In this document: positions 63,181 through 64,000 of the stretch, one piece after another
Position numbering within the stretch: position 1 is the first letter of the stretch
Layout of the letters: the number at the start of each line of letters is the position of its first letter
Source of the DNA: the human T2T-CHM13v2.0 reference genome, Homo sapiens
DNA: 64,000 nt
Strand: one strand, 5' to 3'
Assembly: GCF_009914755.1 (NCBI RefSeq)
Contig: NC_060940.1
Notes under the pieces: generated by a model
Told to the model about the DNA's origin: nothing
The model's database searches: none
Seen by the model: the letters and a program-made list of their open reading frames with translations, nothing else
Made by a program: the position numbers and the translations under genes

Positions 63181-64000
63181 AATGGGTACTGCGCCCTGGT
63201 GTCTGGAATGAATGAATGAGTGCACTGCTGCCTGGCCAAAGGAAGTCAGCTGCAGGAGCAAGGGAAGGCTGGCTGTGGTCAGAGACCCCTGCTCTGGGCC
63301 TGGGCCCAGACACTGGCTACAGAGGAAAATGCCCCCACCCCTCTCCATGCCTTCCAGTGCTCTAGCCCAGGCCTACTACTCTTGGGTAAAGCAACCATCA
63401 CATGTCAGGAGGCCTCCGCCGCTGGGATGATGTTACAGTCTATTTTGAGGGTCACACTGGAGCATCTGTCAGCCTAGCCAGCCACACCCTCCATGTGTCA
63501 TCACTAAGAGCCAGGGACACCCACAGGTCCATGAACTCTGCCTGCAGACATTGCTCCTCCCCAGGGACCCTCAGCTTCAGGCCCTCCTTCGCTTCCTAGA
63601 AAGACAGACCTGGATGCCCCTTATCTCCTGGCACCACTGGCAGTGCTCTGATGTCTCCTCACCCCACCAGACCCGCTCCCCGAGTTCACAGCTCTGGTGA
63701 CTCGGCAAAATGCAGTTGAAGCCCATCAGTCTGTGCCAAGCTCTTAGCTCAAACACAGCCCCTCCTACTCCACAGAGCTCTCTTATACTTGAGGAGTGCC
63801 CAGAAAGCCTAGCACCCAGAAGTCAAGCTAGTTACCCATCAGACTCATAGGTCTAACAGGTCTCGCCTACTGGGGAACTCCTACTCATTCCTCCCAACTG
63901 TTCCCAGGCTCTGCCTCCTCTTGCAGAAAGACTTTCAGTCCACTCTCTACTGAATGGGCCACAGGCTTCCTGAGGACAAAGCTGATCTGTGCTGGCTTTA

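Overview
Primate, very probably human, genomic DNA lying entirely inside the RANBP10 gene, which runs on the minus strand. Three small coding exons of the SPRY/B30.2 domain splice in frame: 34813-34865 (53 nt), 7056-7223 (168 nt) and 781-803 (23 nt). The rest is intron, very rich in Alu elements, with fragmented old L1s, MST and MLT1 LTRs, MIR and L2. Most ORF-track entries are Alu or L1 artefacts; apart from these exons and decayed L1 ORF2 fragments I recognised no protein in the track. The unexplained structure is a set of template-switch or fold-back scars. (1) A perfect 14.4 x 27-bp array built from alternating inverted 10-mers (45538-45927). (2) A ~235-bp non-Alu inverted duplication (35476-35708 / 37286-37531). 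Its predicted RNA stem would mask a newly created 5' splice site and loop out two candidate cryptic exons about 0.6 kb upstream of the 53-nt exon. (3) A 98-bp inverted templated insertion inside an Alu. (4) A poly(A) signal buried in a hairpin. Repeat subfamily calls and repeat boundaries are by eye and approximate.
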